Shown here: one piece after another, positions 1 to 14,168 of the stretch
How the letters are laid out: the number at the start of each line of letters is the position of its first letter
How positions within the stretch are numbered: the first letter of the stretch is position 1
Source: Paraspadella gotoi
Taxonomy: Eukaryota > Animalia > Chaetognatha
Assembly (NCBI GenBank): GCA_051294375.1
Contig: CM119264.1
Span: forward strand, 18,917,590 to 18,981,589
DNA length: 64,000 nucleotides
Direction of reading: 5' to 3'
The notes under the pieces: generated by a model
What the model was told of the DNA's origin: nothing
Database searches by the model: none
What the model saw: only the letters and a program-made list of their open reading frames with translations
Translations under genes and position numbers: made by a program

Positions 1-59
1 AATATAAGTAAAAATACTAAAAATAGTAAATATGACTTTTATTCTTTCCATTTAAACTC

Positions 60-712
60 ATTACCCCTTGCACAATTCAAACGAATCTTTATATATAACT
101 CAATCACACACTTTTATACCCACACACAAAATTTCATTCCAATCCATCCATTCAATCACGATTAATTGGAGTATAATGCTAAGGGGGGACCGACGGACAG
201 ACAGACACCATTTTTTTGCATAATTTATCTTAATTTTAGGTTCTGAGATGATCTAAGTGAATGACCAACAAGTTTGGGGAGGGTGGACAGACGGACCGAC
301 AAAATGAATTATAGAGTCGGAATCTGCGATATGCAGATCCGACTAAAAAGCTTAAAAAATCATCATCATCATCATCATTGGCTGAATTTTATAGTTTTTT
401 AAAATTTTCATTAATAAAACAAAAAAATTTTAAAAAGTTATATTAATAACCTTTATCTAACTTTTAAAGCTCTATCAGAACCTATTACAAAAAATTTAAA
501 AATTAAAAAAAAATTTTTAACTTTATATAGTAATAAAATAATCTTTAAATGGATCCGTGCGCTTATCAATAAGCTAAATTTTAAAAATTATTTTCATTTG
601 AATATTCTCTAACAATCACTTAACCATTATTTATTTGAGAGAACTTATAGTTTTTAACCTGTTCCGGCTGATTATAGAGTCGGGATCTGCTGACAAGCAG
701 ATCCGACTAAAA
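60..712 (-). mobile_element. Helentron/DINE-1 (HINE)-like non-autonomous repeats; related copies at ~5668-5900, ~8140-8311, ~13015-13060, ~49930-50140
   Basis: Shared end ttatagagtcgg(a/g)atctgc-N5/7-gcagatccgactaaaa (hairpin next to a T-run on minus) plus (GGAC/GACA)n microsatellite, the DINE-1/HINE architecture. Confidence 0.55.
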
Positions 713-1149
713 ACGATCATTAGCGGTAATTAATTAATTAGTTAATTAATTAATTTGATTCGACATCGTTTACTCAAACATGTTGATTTATAGATCTTTT
801 CGTCACTGACCACGACAAGCGAACCATGATGATGATGACGACGACAATGACGCCAAAAACGATTAATTGATTGACTTACTTGATTGATTGTTTGAATAAT
901 TAATTGATAAATAAATTGATTGATTGAATAGTTAATTAATTGATTATATAATTTATTGGTTAATTGACTGATTGATTAATTTACTAATGATTAATTAACT
1001 GATTATTTATTTGATTTATTAATACATCTTGCATTTATATTTAATATAAAAAAAATCATAAGAAGTTAGTGAAACAGGTTTTTTTTTATTTAAACCCATT
1101 TCCATTCAAATTTTACTAAATTTATTACCTTAGTTAATTATTAATTTCA

Positions 1150-1480
1150 CAGTTTTTAACTCTTAAAATTGTCAATGTTATTTTTACATTGCAAAATGTA
1201 ATTCTTTGACCTTAAAATATTGTTTTCTTTACTTTTCACTCTCTCTCACTATCATCTGTCCTCACCTTCAGTTGTCCTCACCTACTGTCCTTTCTCAATT
1301 TTTTGTTGGAAGCTCTATGTCTCTCTCTCTCTCTCTCACAATCCCTCTCACACTCTCTTTTTCTCAAATATTTTTTTTACAAATACAATTGCGCTGAGGA
1401 AGACTTACATTTAAGTCGAAACATGTCCCATTTTTGTATTAAACATCATCGTTGTTGAAGAAAAATAAAAATAGCTTTTG
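1150..1480 (+). mobile_element. Penelope-like pLTR remnant with minimal hammerhead motif (1394-1427)
   Basis: CTGAGGA-AGACTT-acattt-AAGTC-GAAA-CATG-TC; the flanking CT-rich sequence is homologous to the inverted copy at ~5990-6380. Confidence 0.6.
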
Positions 1481-1739
1481 TTAATTATCCAAAACATATC
1501 TCAATGACGAGGAACACCATCTCCGAGGAGCAGACCTCATCGCCATTAGAGAAAAGAGACGGCAAGTCTCAAACCAGTTCCTCGGACTACTCTCCCGCCG
1601 CCTTTTTGACTGGCACCGTGCTCTCCTTGGCCGGCATCGCGGGCTCATTGGCCCACATCGCAGTATCCTTGGCCACCAGCGGGCCAAGGGCCAGCACTGC
1701 CTAATCCTTGATCACACCCTCTACTATGACAAAAAAGAG

Positions 1740-3841
1740 CATTCTTTGGAATATAGAACAATAATAGTTAACTGATTGCTAGATTCATTTTGATTATAAG
1801 TTCTTTTAAACAAAGAGAGCAACAAAGGAATATAACATTGTAAAATACTGGCTGGCAGCAGCTGCAGTTAGAGATGATTTGAAACATCTTATTTAACACC
1901 AAGAAGGATAGTACAGATACTACCAAGATTTTTAAACAATTATCTTTTGAATTTCAACCAAATGATTTTAACCAAATATTATTGAAAGTCAGTTTTTTAT
2001 CATGCGGTTTAAAAACGAACCATTTTTCGTTCCATTTTTCCAAGATTGCAGGTGCTATTAATTAAAAACGGATAACTTTTTAGAAAAATAAAACATTAAT
2101 CACTCCAGTCGTTAACAGCTACAAATCGGAGTCGAGAGGGCATATCATGGATAAATATAAAGACAGGATCCCAAAAAATAAAATGGGAATTAGGTCCGTT
2201 TAATTCTATATTACTCTTGTCGTCAACCAAATAACCGATAAACTATTAATTTAGAGTTATCGAAGAGGTGAGTGGAAGAATAGTTCGTAAGTTATTTAAC
2301 TGTTCTACTCTATTAACAAAGTAATAATTTAAAAACCGGATTCAGAGACAATAAGAGAATTTCTAAGTTTTAAACGAATGGTGCAAATATGAAGCTGTGA
2401 GCGTAGAGTAGTGAGTATAGAGTTTTAAAGATGTTTAATATTTAAAAAATTATGTCAAAACTCGACATTTATTTACCCTTACACATACATGTTAGAGATA
2501 TGATAGAGCTTGTAATTATATTCAGCTACTTTTTCTTTATTTGAACATAATATCATATATAATTACTTAATTATTACTCCACAAGCTAAGCCGATTAATT
2601 TATTTTAATATAATTAATCTAGCATAATATTGCAAACAATTCACGTTCGAGTAGGGTATAACTTTATTATGAATCATAAGAGGAGTGAGAGCATATCCCA
2701 CGAATCGGAAGGATTACCCACGTTGAGCTTGGAGCCAGGTGGTAAGATATATCACGTCTCATGAGAAAGTGGCAACAATATCACTGCCCAAAATTTAAAA
2801 ACAAATGTAGTATAGTCACATCAAACCCCAAACCTCTCGGAGATCTTCAAAACAAAACTAAACTGTCGAGACTCCAAAATATTTTTATGGGCATATTTGA
2901 AATGTTATCTCATTGTTTATAAATATACATAAGTACTACAAAGAGTTAAGGGTCTACGAGACTCACATTTTCCCTAGCTTAATTGTTGTATGACATCCGT
3001 CCTTACTCCAGGAGCGCCGAGCCTTACTTGTAGAAGCTTTGAAGGGAAAATAATCAAGATCATTATGAAAAAATTATAGACTCTATATATGGATATACCA
3101 ATAAGTATCTATAAAAATATAATAGTAAATATGTATGGATAATTTAATTCTCTCTACTGGATTCATCGTAACACTAATATGAGTACAAAGAGTGTCCATT
3201 GTCTTATTTGCGAGAGAAATAGGGAGAATCAAAAATTACAAATTGCATAAATACTATTATGACAAATCTAAAGAAAAGAAGAAGAGATAACAATAAACGC
3301 TAAATTTACTGAACAGACCGATAATCAAAACTAACAAAAAACATACAAAAAAACATACTAAACAAGGTCTATATGCAATACCCTTTGTATTCTAGAGTTG
3401 AGCGGTAAGTCGAGATTAATTGCTAGAGTAGTCGGGTCGTATGTGAGGAGAAAGCAAGAAAAATTGTTCCATGCGCGAGACGATAACGATCCGTATCTAC
3501 CCACTTTTAACAGTATCATCCTATTCCACTGCTGTACTAACGTTTTAAGTATTTGGCCTGGATTGAGTAGTTATTAACCTCAAAATAATCGTTGGCAACA
3601 ACTGGGAGAAACTACAACTTTCGGCGTTGAGCGCAAGGTTATATATCCAGTTGATGAAAGTCAAGTGAGGATATCTAAGAACTGTGTCCCACGATGGGCG
3701 TATACGTACACGGCATTGATAGAATTCTGTCTGAGAGCCGCATCTAATGAACCCTTCCAGATGAAGGCGTGCGCTTTCGTTAAGGAGACAGCTAAGTGTC
3801 TAAGGGAAACCCTCCTAGTCGAAGCCATGAAACACTTCTAG
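1740..3841 (+). pseudogene. Decayed intronless coding-like island (possible endogenous viral element) in the Syt7 intron, antisense to Syt7
   Basis: Successive 50-90 codon open stretches on +; a ~160-codon frame (3362-3841) with a single stop; few long homopolymer runs compared with the flanking introns. Confidence 0.3.
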
Positions 3842-4031
3842 ATGTCCAGTATAGTTGATACCAGAGCGGAATTGGACTTATAGTACCTCGGATATTAATT
3901 AGTAATTGATAAAGAATGGATATAAATAATATTATGTTTCATTTTAGTTTCATATTCCTTTATCTCACTCCTCTTTACTACAATACATGCTACTTGACTC
4001 AATCTGCTCCCTCTCCTCTCTCTCTCTTTAA

Positions 4032-4799
4032 GGGAACCCAGTGATAAAAATGATATCATAAGTTTAATGGGTCTGTCATCAAAGGAATTTGAATGGTAAT
4101 AGACATTAATTTTTTTTTATACAGGAAAGTGTGAAAAAATTTATATTTCTTATTGTAAAAGAAACAAAAATTTATAATATAAAAAAAATTTAAATTAATC
4201 TTACTTAAATTTATATTATCCATTATTTTATTTTGTAAAAAAATATTTTTACTTAATTTTAAATTTTTTATTTTTTACTGTACAAAGCTAAAATTTTGGT
4301 TAAGCCTAACAAAAGCTTTTTTAAGACTAATATTTTTTATTTTATATACATAAAGATTAAATTTAAATTTTATTTCTTATAAAAATAAAAAATAACTATT
4401 TATTAATATTCATTACTTAAAAAATTAATAAACTATATTTATTTTTAATTATAATAATTTAAAATTTAATAACAAAAGTAAAAAACTTTTTTATATATTT
4501 AATTATTTATATTACTTCAGGGTTTTATTTTTATTTAATTAACAGAATTACTAAAAAAAAGTTTAAATAAAATCAGTCATACCTAAATTTTTGTTAAAAA
4601 TTTTTATAATAAAAATTGAAAAGCTTTTTAAAATTAGATTTTACCCTTTATAAAAAAAAAAATTTCTTCTTCAATCGATTAAATAAATTTTTTCTTAAAA
4701 AAAACTTATAGAAAAAAATTATATGGTCAGAATTAACTTAATTTAAAGGATCAAACGTTATGCTTTTCAGCTTTTTACCCCCCTGGTCACCTGGTCCCC
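4032..4799. mobile_element. TTAA-flanked MITE (Kolobok-like), internally deleted relative of 15210-16849, in opposite orientation
   Basis: TTAA|GGGAACC...GGTCCCC|TTAA; internal sequence matches the reverse complement of ~16080-16849. Confidence 0.7.
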
Positions 4800-4813
4800 T
4801 TAAGGAAGCCTAC

Positions 4814-7800
4814 CTTGGTCTGGAGTTTGTGCTTTTTGTCCGGAAGCAGCATGATTCTGACGTAAGGGTCACTGGTTCCACCAATGTCTTTCGCCACGAG
4901 GTCCGTGGCGCGATTAATGCGTAGGATCAGAGATTGGGATTCGAATTCGTAGTTTAATGTAAAATATATCCTAACGACAAAAATTTTATAAATGATTAAT
5001 CCTTATGGGACAGTTGAGTTATAAGATTTTCAAAGCATTTTCAAATGTACTAACTTTCCAAGGTCCTCTTTTTTGTTCAATGACTGATCAGATTTATTTA
5101 ATTGATGGTCTTCGTCGGCACTAGATGCTGTAACGAAAAGAACAATTATGTTATTTGGGTGCCAATAAAAAATGTGTTCATTCTTCCCGATTCTTCTTGT
5201 TTGAAAAAAAAAGTTGTTTTTTTACTTTAAAATTCAATCATAAATCAAATAAAAAACCGATTAATCTATGTATAACTTATTATTATAATATATTATAATT
5301 CTTAGTTTTAAATTTGTAACATCTAATGGCAAAAAGTAAAAAAATACCCGAGATAGAAGAAGATCGTAGACTGTTTCGCTGGAAGGGAATGCCGAGGAGT
5401 GCCCTTGGAAGAAAAAAGTTTTAGAGCCATGAAACTTTTTTGTTATGTTTCCTAACCGAGTGAAATACATTTACATTTACATATTTACCCAGCAGGAAGC
5501 GAAGACTTTTTGATTTCCGCAAACAAGCCTGTACCGTCGACGTCCGAATCATCGGTCGTCGCGTCCTCCAAAGGCTTGTAGCCTTTAAGAAGAAATGATT
5601 AGCAAATACTCAATGAATTGTTTTCCTCTATTAAATTTTATCTTCCTCTTCTCTCTCTCTCTCTCTGCTTAAAGCAGAACCCGGTTCTATAATTCACTTT
5701 GTCCATCCGTCAGTCCGTAAATCACTTACATCAGCTTAGAACATCGAATTAGGAAAAATTATACAAAAAATCGATGTCCATTTGTCCATCCATCCACCTG
5801 TCTGTCCGTCCATTCCCTGAGCTTTAAAAGCCAATTACTGAATGTATGGATTGGGGCATTGACCTGAAATTTTGTGTGAGTTAAGAAGTATGTGATTAAG
5901 CTGGAAATCAAGTTTCTATGGAATCGTCCGAGTAGAAATGAGTTTCGATATAAAAAACAAAATTTCTGTTTAACTGTTATTGTGTATAGACTTTCGATTT
6001 CGTTGTGTTTCGAATTTAGGGAGAAAAACAATTTATTTGTTTTGTTTCAACGAATTTTATTAGACAACAGTTGATCGGACATGTTTCGACTCTACAATTA
6101 GAGTCTTCATCAACATTTTGACAATCAATAATTTTTTTCTTCTAACATTAAGTTAGAGAGAAGGAGAGAGAGAGAGAGTAAGGGAGAGTTTCCAACAAAG
6201 AATTGAGAAAGGGATAGTGGTCAGATGTGAGGACAGGTGAAGGTAAGGACAGGGAAGAAGAAAGTCAGTTGGAATTTGAAATTGAGGGAATGAGAGAGAG
6301 AGAGAGAGAGAGAAAGAAAAAATCTTCATATTTGGTAATGTACAACAATGAAAATGAAAATAATTCGGCAAACTTAAAATTGAATGTTCCCGATCGTAGG
6401 GGGGCCAACACTACAAAAATATCTTCTCGGCCTATGACAGGTCAATGACCCGATCACATCGTCAACGTCCCCCATTTGCCCGGCCGGGAGGGAGGGCCAG
6501 CTCAATTTGAGCTTCTTTCTTGACTTAATTTTTCTCTAAATCTCTACATACCTATCCCTCATCACTTATTCTTCAATTTTAACTTTCACTTATACTCCAT
6601 TAGTTAAATCAATTATTTATTATTTCTTTGTTACCATTATTCCTTTAGTTTACTGATTCATTTATCTTTGTTGTACATTTCAAAATGTATTGAGTCGAAA
6701 CATGTCCAATAATCTGTAATAAAAAATCGTTGTAAGAATACTAAAAACTTTCGTTTTTTGAATCTGCTTATCTTATTGAACGAAAAGAGAGAGAATTACA
6801 CAATGTCAAACTATAAATTAAAAATTAAAACTATAAAAATTGATAGCAAATTATATTAAATAAAAATAAATTGAACTTAAACTTATCATCTGATTCGCTG
6901 CTTACCGCTAAATAATCCGGCATTGTTCGCTCAAACTTGTTTCATAACTCCCATCTCTGTCCTTTCGCTTCCTCCAAAAAATCGCTCCTCTTAGGTTTGC
7001 CCTATGACCTTATCCAAGAAATCTCTTCACTGCCCTCTCACCTTCTCCCACCGTCTTCTGACGTCTAAATGACTGCGACATGGACGACTTGGATCGATCT
7101 TCCTGTTCAGGACGCGACGGTGGCCGCAAGAGCTCGCTGTCCGTCAGAGGTTGCACAACCTCCGTCGTCGTTCGAAATTTGCTCGGGTATGCGGACAGTT
7201 TCTGATCCAAGGATGAAGTGAAGGGAACTTAATTAAATATTTATTAATTCATTAAAAAAAAAAAAAAAAAAAAAGGGAAAAATCCCATGTAGTATGTACG
7301 TATCAGCGTAATCAATACGGCAACTCAATTTTTTTTAGATTTTCTGATTTTTAATTAATCTACCGAAATAAGTGAGACGATTGTAAAAATGAGATGATTA
7401 ATTAGAATACGTACGAGGTTGAAGTTGAGATAAATATAAAAAATGAAAAAAGGGGAAGTATTAGATAATAATTTTATGTTGGAGATAAACAAAAAAATCT
7501 TAAAAGTATAAGAAAATTAATGAAAAAGTACTATAATCTAATTTGCATATTGCAGTAAATCATAATGAAGTGAAAATTCAAACAAAAAAAAAAATCTTAA
7601 AAGCAGTTGATTATTGATGCGATGGTAACCAATTATTGATGCGATGATAACCAAATATTGATGCGATGATAACCAATAATTGATGCGATGATAACCAAAT
7701 GATTAATGTGATGATAACAAAATGATTGATGTGATTGTAACCAAATGATTGATGCGATGATAGTCATTCATTTATGTGATGATAATCATTTATTGATACG

Positions 7801-8316
7801 ATGATAGTCATTCATTGACGCGATGAGTCATTCATCGTAAATAAAACAAACAAACGCGTGTATAAGTGAGAGTGAGAGAGAGAGTGTGTACGAACTTTGT
7901 TTCCAAACATAAAACGTATTCTGACTAAATCTCAGAGCCGTAAAATAAATCCACGATGTAAATTTGGTATTTTGTATTGAAAAAAAAAGCGCGCAATAAA
8001 TGGCGATAATAAAAGTTTTTAGAAGGAAAAAAATAACCAGAATTTTTCGAAAAACGCACGATCACGCAAGAGATCGTACAGAGAGTGACAGAGAGAGACA
8101 GACAGAGAGAGAGAGAGAAAAAGCTGGACAGCCGCTTCAGTGCTAAGGTGGGACGGATGGACGGACGGACGGACGGACGGACGGACGGACATCGTTTTTT
8201 TTGCATAATTTTTTATAATTCGATGTTCTGACATGATATAAGTGAATGCCCGACAAGATTGAGGGGCGGACCGATGGACCGACAAAGTGAATTATAGAGT
8301 CGGGATCTGCTGGAAA

Positions 8317-8382
<66 letters not shown>

Positions 8383-9066
8383 GAGAGAGTTTTCCCGCCA
8401 ACGAGACGCATTATTAGGTCACTCTCGTTTATATCGGTTATCCGTTGCCTCGCATAAACAAATACGAATATTGATATGAAACATGACAATTTTAAAGATC
8501 TTTATGATTAGAAGCCATATATAAATAAATAAACTCCCTATGATATCACACTTTCAGAAGCCATGATTGCAAAAAAAGCGTGACGCCGACAACGACTACG
8601 ACGACGACGTCACAAAGAAGCCTGGCCTTCGCTTTATCTCGCCAAGACGGGCTTTGCCCCCTCATGCGAGATAATTATTCAGAAGGAAGTTGTGATGAGT
8701 AACTAAATTTTTTAACCCGCTACTTAGTGAGATCCTAAATTAGAAATTTTTAATGAAATCCTGAAAACCTGAAATCAGAGATTTCAGCGAAATGGATAAT
8801 AGGGATAGGGACAAGACACATATTTCTAACGTAACCAATAGTCGTCCGTTAGTTTTTATTACGAAACTTACTTTCTTTCCCTCCGACGGAGTTGTCGATT
8901 TTTGCTGCTGCAGCGGCGGTTTCTTTTTCTCCGTTTTTTTGTCAGATCTTGTTTTCGATCTTAGCTTCTCCTTGTGCAGCAGGTACGCCGCTACAAGAGC
9001 GACGACGATGGCTACGACGCCGACGACGCCGCAGACAGAATAGATAATCAAGTGAGTCGAATCCAT
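4814..9066 (-). CDS. SYT7: Synaptotagmin-7-like, 5' part. Exons 8872-9066, 7042-7201, 5489-5582, 5348-5403, 5055-5127, 4814-4970; the rest lies left of the window
   Basis: Phase-consistent GT-AG exons give an N-terminal TM helix (IIYSVCGVVGVVAIVVALVAAYLL), a basic linker, then [57 protein letters not shown], matching the Syt7 C2A start (GTSDP..V...[12 protein letters not shown]). Confidence 0.88.
5990..6380 (-). mobile_element. Penelope-like pLTR remnant with minimal hammerhead motif (~6078-6112); a third partial copy on + at ~6690-6760
   Basis: Minus strand reads TTGATGA-AGACTCT-aattgt-AGAGTC-GAAA-CATG-TC; partial GAGTCGAAACATGTCC at ~6692. Confidence 0.6.
7612..7836. repeat. Tandem repeat, ~22-bp unit (ttgatgcgatgataaccaatta), about 10 degenerating copies
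   Basis: Direct inspection. Confidence 0.85.
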
Positions 9067-10909
9067 TGTCGGAGCGCTAGAACGAGGAATTCGATTCAAT
9101 TGCGAGGTCTCGATCGAAGACCGATGGATATCGGGTCGTCGTGGCCGATCCCAAAAGTTTCTTTTCAACGATGATCATACTTTTTCATAGCGATAGGGTT
9201 CGAAGAAGACAGACAGAGAGAGAGAGAGAGAGATTTTAGAATAGATGCATATATGATTATTGTCATGCTAAATCTATTGACGTCCTGGTTATTTGCTTTC
9301 CATAATTGTTTATAATCAGACTCCCGAATTTGATTTTGATGATTTCATTAATTTTCGTTTCTGTTTTTTGAATTGGGATTAAAGGACATTTTTTTTACTT
9401 TATGAATTGTAAAATTTGTTCTTTTTTATACGAAAAATATTTTTGCCATTCATGAAAAGAGAAAAATAATAAAAGTGAAATTTTTTAAAAAGAATTGATA
9501 AACATAATTATAAACATAAAAACCGTATATATATCGCGAACTTTCGTTTTCCTTTTTTAAACGAGATGGCTCCGGACAGACTGGCAGATAGACAGACAGA
9601 CGACACCAAAAAAAACCTGCAATGTTTTCCGACGTGTGAACACAAATTTTAAGATACCAACAGACATACAGAAAAATCTAAAAGTGTGCTATTGAGCCAC
9701 AGTGCGCGTCGCGAAAATAAAACGAGTGATAAAAATGCGGCGATGACCATCAAATGATCAATGAAGATTGAAGAACCAATCCTTCCATCGCGGGTTGGAT
9801 GTTGACCGAATTTAGTTCCGCTTCGTCGAATGAGGTCGTAAAATTCCTCCGCCGTTTTTTTTATTGAGGCCGTACTGAGACTCATGTATCAGTCAATCTT
9901 TATTGTACGTGCGGCGTATTTGATGAGATATTCTTACCCTCTTACAATAATAACCGTTATTTACCAATGTATTATTTATTTTGGGTATCGAAATTTTTTT
10001 ATAATGTTGAATAAAAAAGAAACGAAGGAGTAACAGAAATGCGGAGGTTGTTGCGAAGAAAAATCGAATAAAGAATCCCTTTGTATACCCGGATTGCTTC
10101 TTCTTCTTAGTCGTCGATTGTGTCGTCGTCGGTTTTGTCGCGTCATCTGAGTCGTAGCGAGACAATAAACTTGTCTGTTTGTTTCATTTTATTAATATTA
10201 GTAAAAAAATTGACTTGTTAGAATTTTCTTTTTACTTAGTCTCAGTCTCTCTTCAAAAATTAAATCGGCAGCAAGTAAAGTATGTACGTAGTGAACTTTA
10301 TAGTTTAAAATAGTCATAATAATTAGTATTATCGCTGATCTGCTCGTCTTTTAAGATCGAGAACCATATTTCTAATTCCAGATGCAGTTGCGTCTCTCTG
10401 GTAGTTCAAATTAAGGGTGTCCTATTTATCTTATTCGCTATTGGTGAGCCAGTAGGACTGATAATAATGATAACAAGTAAATTTTGTGTATATTATGCGC
10501 AATGGTTGAAAAATTTATAAAGGGAAAAACTAAGTTACAGAAGGCGAAAGAAAATGTACCTGAAGTTTGCAAAGAAATTGTAAAGAAGAAATGGAGAGCT
10601 TAGCCTTAGAGTAATTAGTAGTAGCATTTTTAAAATCTGAATTGAAGGAAAGATTTGAAGATTACTAAATTATTTTCATAGACAAAATTTTTTAAAAACA
10701 TTTTTGAAAAACTATTAAAATTGAAAATTTAAGTTTGAAATTAACGATTGTAACACTGAGATCATTAGATATTTAGAAAACTTGACGATAGGTTGGGCAG
10801 AAAAGATTGTAGTAAGTTTTCGTTTTCCTTTCAATAAAGATTTTGCGTGTTTATTGTTGAAAATATTTTAAAAATTTGGACAAACGGTGCCCTGCTTTTC
10901 GTTCAGGCT

Positions 10910-12760
10910 TCAGCAATTTTTTGGATTACCGTTCTTCTTTTCTTTCTTATGTAATCCTTTATCAGACTGTGTCATTGAAACAGGTTTTTGAATCTCCCAA
11001 TCCGAATTAGATCGTTTCAATTTATTTTTTTTATCCTGTTTGAATTTTTTTTCTTCAAACTAATCAATGTTCCGAAGGACTTTATCAACATATTTCATTA
11101 CATATATAAGTCTTAGATAAGATATAAGGCAGCACGTTAACTTTCCTTAAATAGTATACCTAACAAGAAGATTTGTTAAAAAATAGAAACAAGTATCTAA
11201 ATATAAAATGGCCGACTTTTTTAATTGATTCAACAAGCGGGGATTTAATTACGATCCCGGAACTTTCTAGCAGTAGGTAGGCTTAATCGGCACGACACGC
11301 TTCTGAACTTCCGCCCAGCAGATATCACCATTAAAAAGTGGGTTTTGGAGGCGGTAAGGTTAACTCCTGGGGCCCTTGGAGTTAGTCTAGTTTTAGATTT
11401 CGAATGATTTCGACACAACTTAATATTTTTGGAGAGGATTGCTAGAAATTTCGTGTAGGGTAATATGACAGACGACCTTGAAACCTTTCAAAAAGAGCTT
11501 AAGTACATACTCATATTTAATTTAAAACGTTTTTAAAACGACTAGTACAGCCTGTGAGTGTTTGTCACTGACTTAATTATCCTGTGGTCGACAAGTTAAA
11601 TGTTTGAGACACCAGCGTATAAATTTAATTGTCTTTTAGCAAATTACGTATTGTGCGCACATCTTGATGTGACTAAATTTTGAAAAACATTTGATTTGAA
11701 TAAAAAAAAATAACCCTCTAGAAAGGGAGAGCCGTCGAAATGTTCTTTAAATTGTCCCCATTCTGGGCTGACGCCTTAATTCGTCGACTCGACAACGTTA
11801 CGCCTTTTTTCTTATTTCTATTCTCAACCTCAAATCTCGACGGAAAGACTTCTGATTGATCGACGCCTCGTCAACGTCGTTAACTGATTGGTCCGCTGAC
11901 AGGTGGGTACGAGCGTGTCTTTAAGACTCAACTCAAGGCTTAAATCGATTCGATTGCCACAAGAAAGTGTATTAAAGCCAAAATTCATCATTCGCTGACG
12001 GCTCTTGCTGACAGCGACGCTTGAAACCAAATTCATGTGAAAACCGGTAAACACGTGGTGTTTAACATTGTCATCATTAAGCTTTGAAGAATTTTAAAAA
12101 AATTCTAGAGGGTCATTTTACGATTTTTAGTGGAGCAGATTAATTTTAGTTTTATAACAGTGAAAGTGAGAAATTTATTTGTATGATTTCTTATGTATAA
12201 TAAAAATATTTTCTCAGTGTAATAAAAAACAAACACAGAAGGGCCTTTTTTCGCTAACTAGACAAAAAAATCCAATTACAGTTATAAATAAATGAAACTA
12301 AACGACATTTATACTCAAAAAACGTTCAGTAGTAATTCTCTTTCAAAGTCATTCGCATTAGGACCAGAAAAAAAAAATTCCAGATGATATTTCTATTTTC
12401 CATTTTGTTTAGCACGAAAATTTTTTCTCTTTACGCATTTGATTTTGAGAGGCCCTTTGCGAAATCCAGTCGAAATTGAGATATAAGCGAAAAAGTAAGA
12501 AAATTTAAAAAAAAACTCGTATTACTCTCCGTTTTTGTTTGCCTTTGGTGTACATGAGAATGACGCTGGATTTAGCCAGTCCGCCGCGCGGCTGAGTTTG
12601 AAATTGGAGTGGGACGTAATCTCGCGACCCCGAGATAAGATCGATTTGCATAAAAGTTTTACAATTTCGTCTGTGACGACATTGGATTCGATCACTTTTA
12701 GGAGCTTTTTTGTTCTTGACTTATTTGTAACAAATAACTTTATATCGTTGAATTTCACAT
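10910..12760 (-). CDS. Possible uncharacterised multi-exon gene (exon-like blocks ~12525-12760, ~11830-12080, ~11215-11474, 10910-11059)
   Basis: GC-richer blocks with acceptor sites; the last block is open (FEEKKFKQDKKNKLKRSNSDWEIQKP...NC*). No recognised domain and phases not fully resolved. Confidence 0.3.
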
Positions 12761-13786
12761 CGTTTTGAAAAAGATGTTATGGTATATTCCACTGAATAAT
12801 CATTCTGTTTATATAATATAAAATGATAATAACAATAACAACAACTTTAATAACTAGAATGAACAAACGTCACAAGGTCATTCGGTATAAAGGTATAAAG
12901 GTTGTTTTGTGAGTGAAACTGACATAAGTTGAAAACATTTATAGCAAGCAAATAAGTTTTTCATCTGAAAAATATTAAATATGTAAATCATATATTGTTT
13001 AAAATAAGCAGAACAAACCGACAGACAGACCGACTTGATTACTCGCGGGGCAACTAAAAAGGCAAGTGTTTTGATTTTTGACGCCCAAAGGTTTAGGTGA
13101 TTAATCCCGACTTTCCCTTGCGATTTTACTTTTTCATTGAAACGTGGGAAACAAACAATAATAAGCATTAAGCCAGTTTGTGATAGAAGACGTTGAGGTG
13201 GTCTAAATTAAAATAAAAAGAAAGAAATAGTAAAGAGAGAAACAAAGAAACAAAATTAAAAAGTTCTAAAGAAAGAAGAAAGAAAGAAAAAAGAAAGAAA
13301 GAATGAAAGAAAGAAAGAAGAAAAAAGACAAATTCAGTATGAAGCAGACCTCTAAAGGCCGACAAATCCGAACGGTGAAATTTTTTTCTGAAATATATAT
13401 CTATCTATATTCTATAATCTATATAGCTGAAGATAAATCTCAAGCACATCATACAATTCACATAGCTTTCAATAGAACATCCTGATAGGTTCAAAAACTC
13501 ACTTGTGACATGAAACGAATTATTTATCTAGATAATTTTCGAGGTGGCTGAACTTTGTTTTGGTCGTACGGTACACGGTTACACAGGGCAAATCGGGTTT
13601 TTAATTCTGACCCGTTTGTATCAGGATTTCAAGAAAGTTAGCCTACTTTGGCTTTCTTTCTGATCATCACCTAAAAAAGATGACAAACCCTAGTTCGTCA
13701 AAGATTAACATTACCTTACTTTGTAATTAAAAGATAACACGATCAAATTCTATCATACCTTATTTTGTCGAACAGCTGACAATCAA

Positions 13787-13895
<109 letters not shown>

Positions 13896-14168
13896 GCATC
13901 GAGGGGCGTATTTTGAGAAAATGCAAGGAGAATCTCTCCCCAGTTCTGATTAAAATTTTTTTCCTTTAGAAACTGGAGCTTCGGTTTCTTTTTTGTTGTC
14001 GTTATTCATTGCACTCAAACCAATGAAAAAAGAAGACAAATAGGCATAATCCGGAAGGATGACTCTTTTTCTTCGGACAATGTGAAAACGAAAAATTATG
14101 TCAAGAAACTAAGTTAAACTCGAAATCGTATAAAAAAAAAATAAGTAAATGAAACAAACTATCGAAAA

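Noticed and set aside
7612-7836. CRISPR-like array
   Set aside because: Head-to-tail minisatellite without unique spacers, in a eukaryotic intron, with no cas genes
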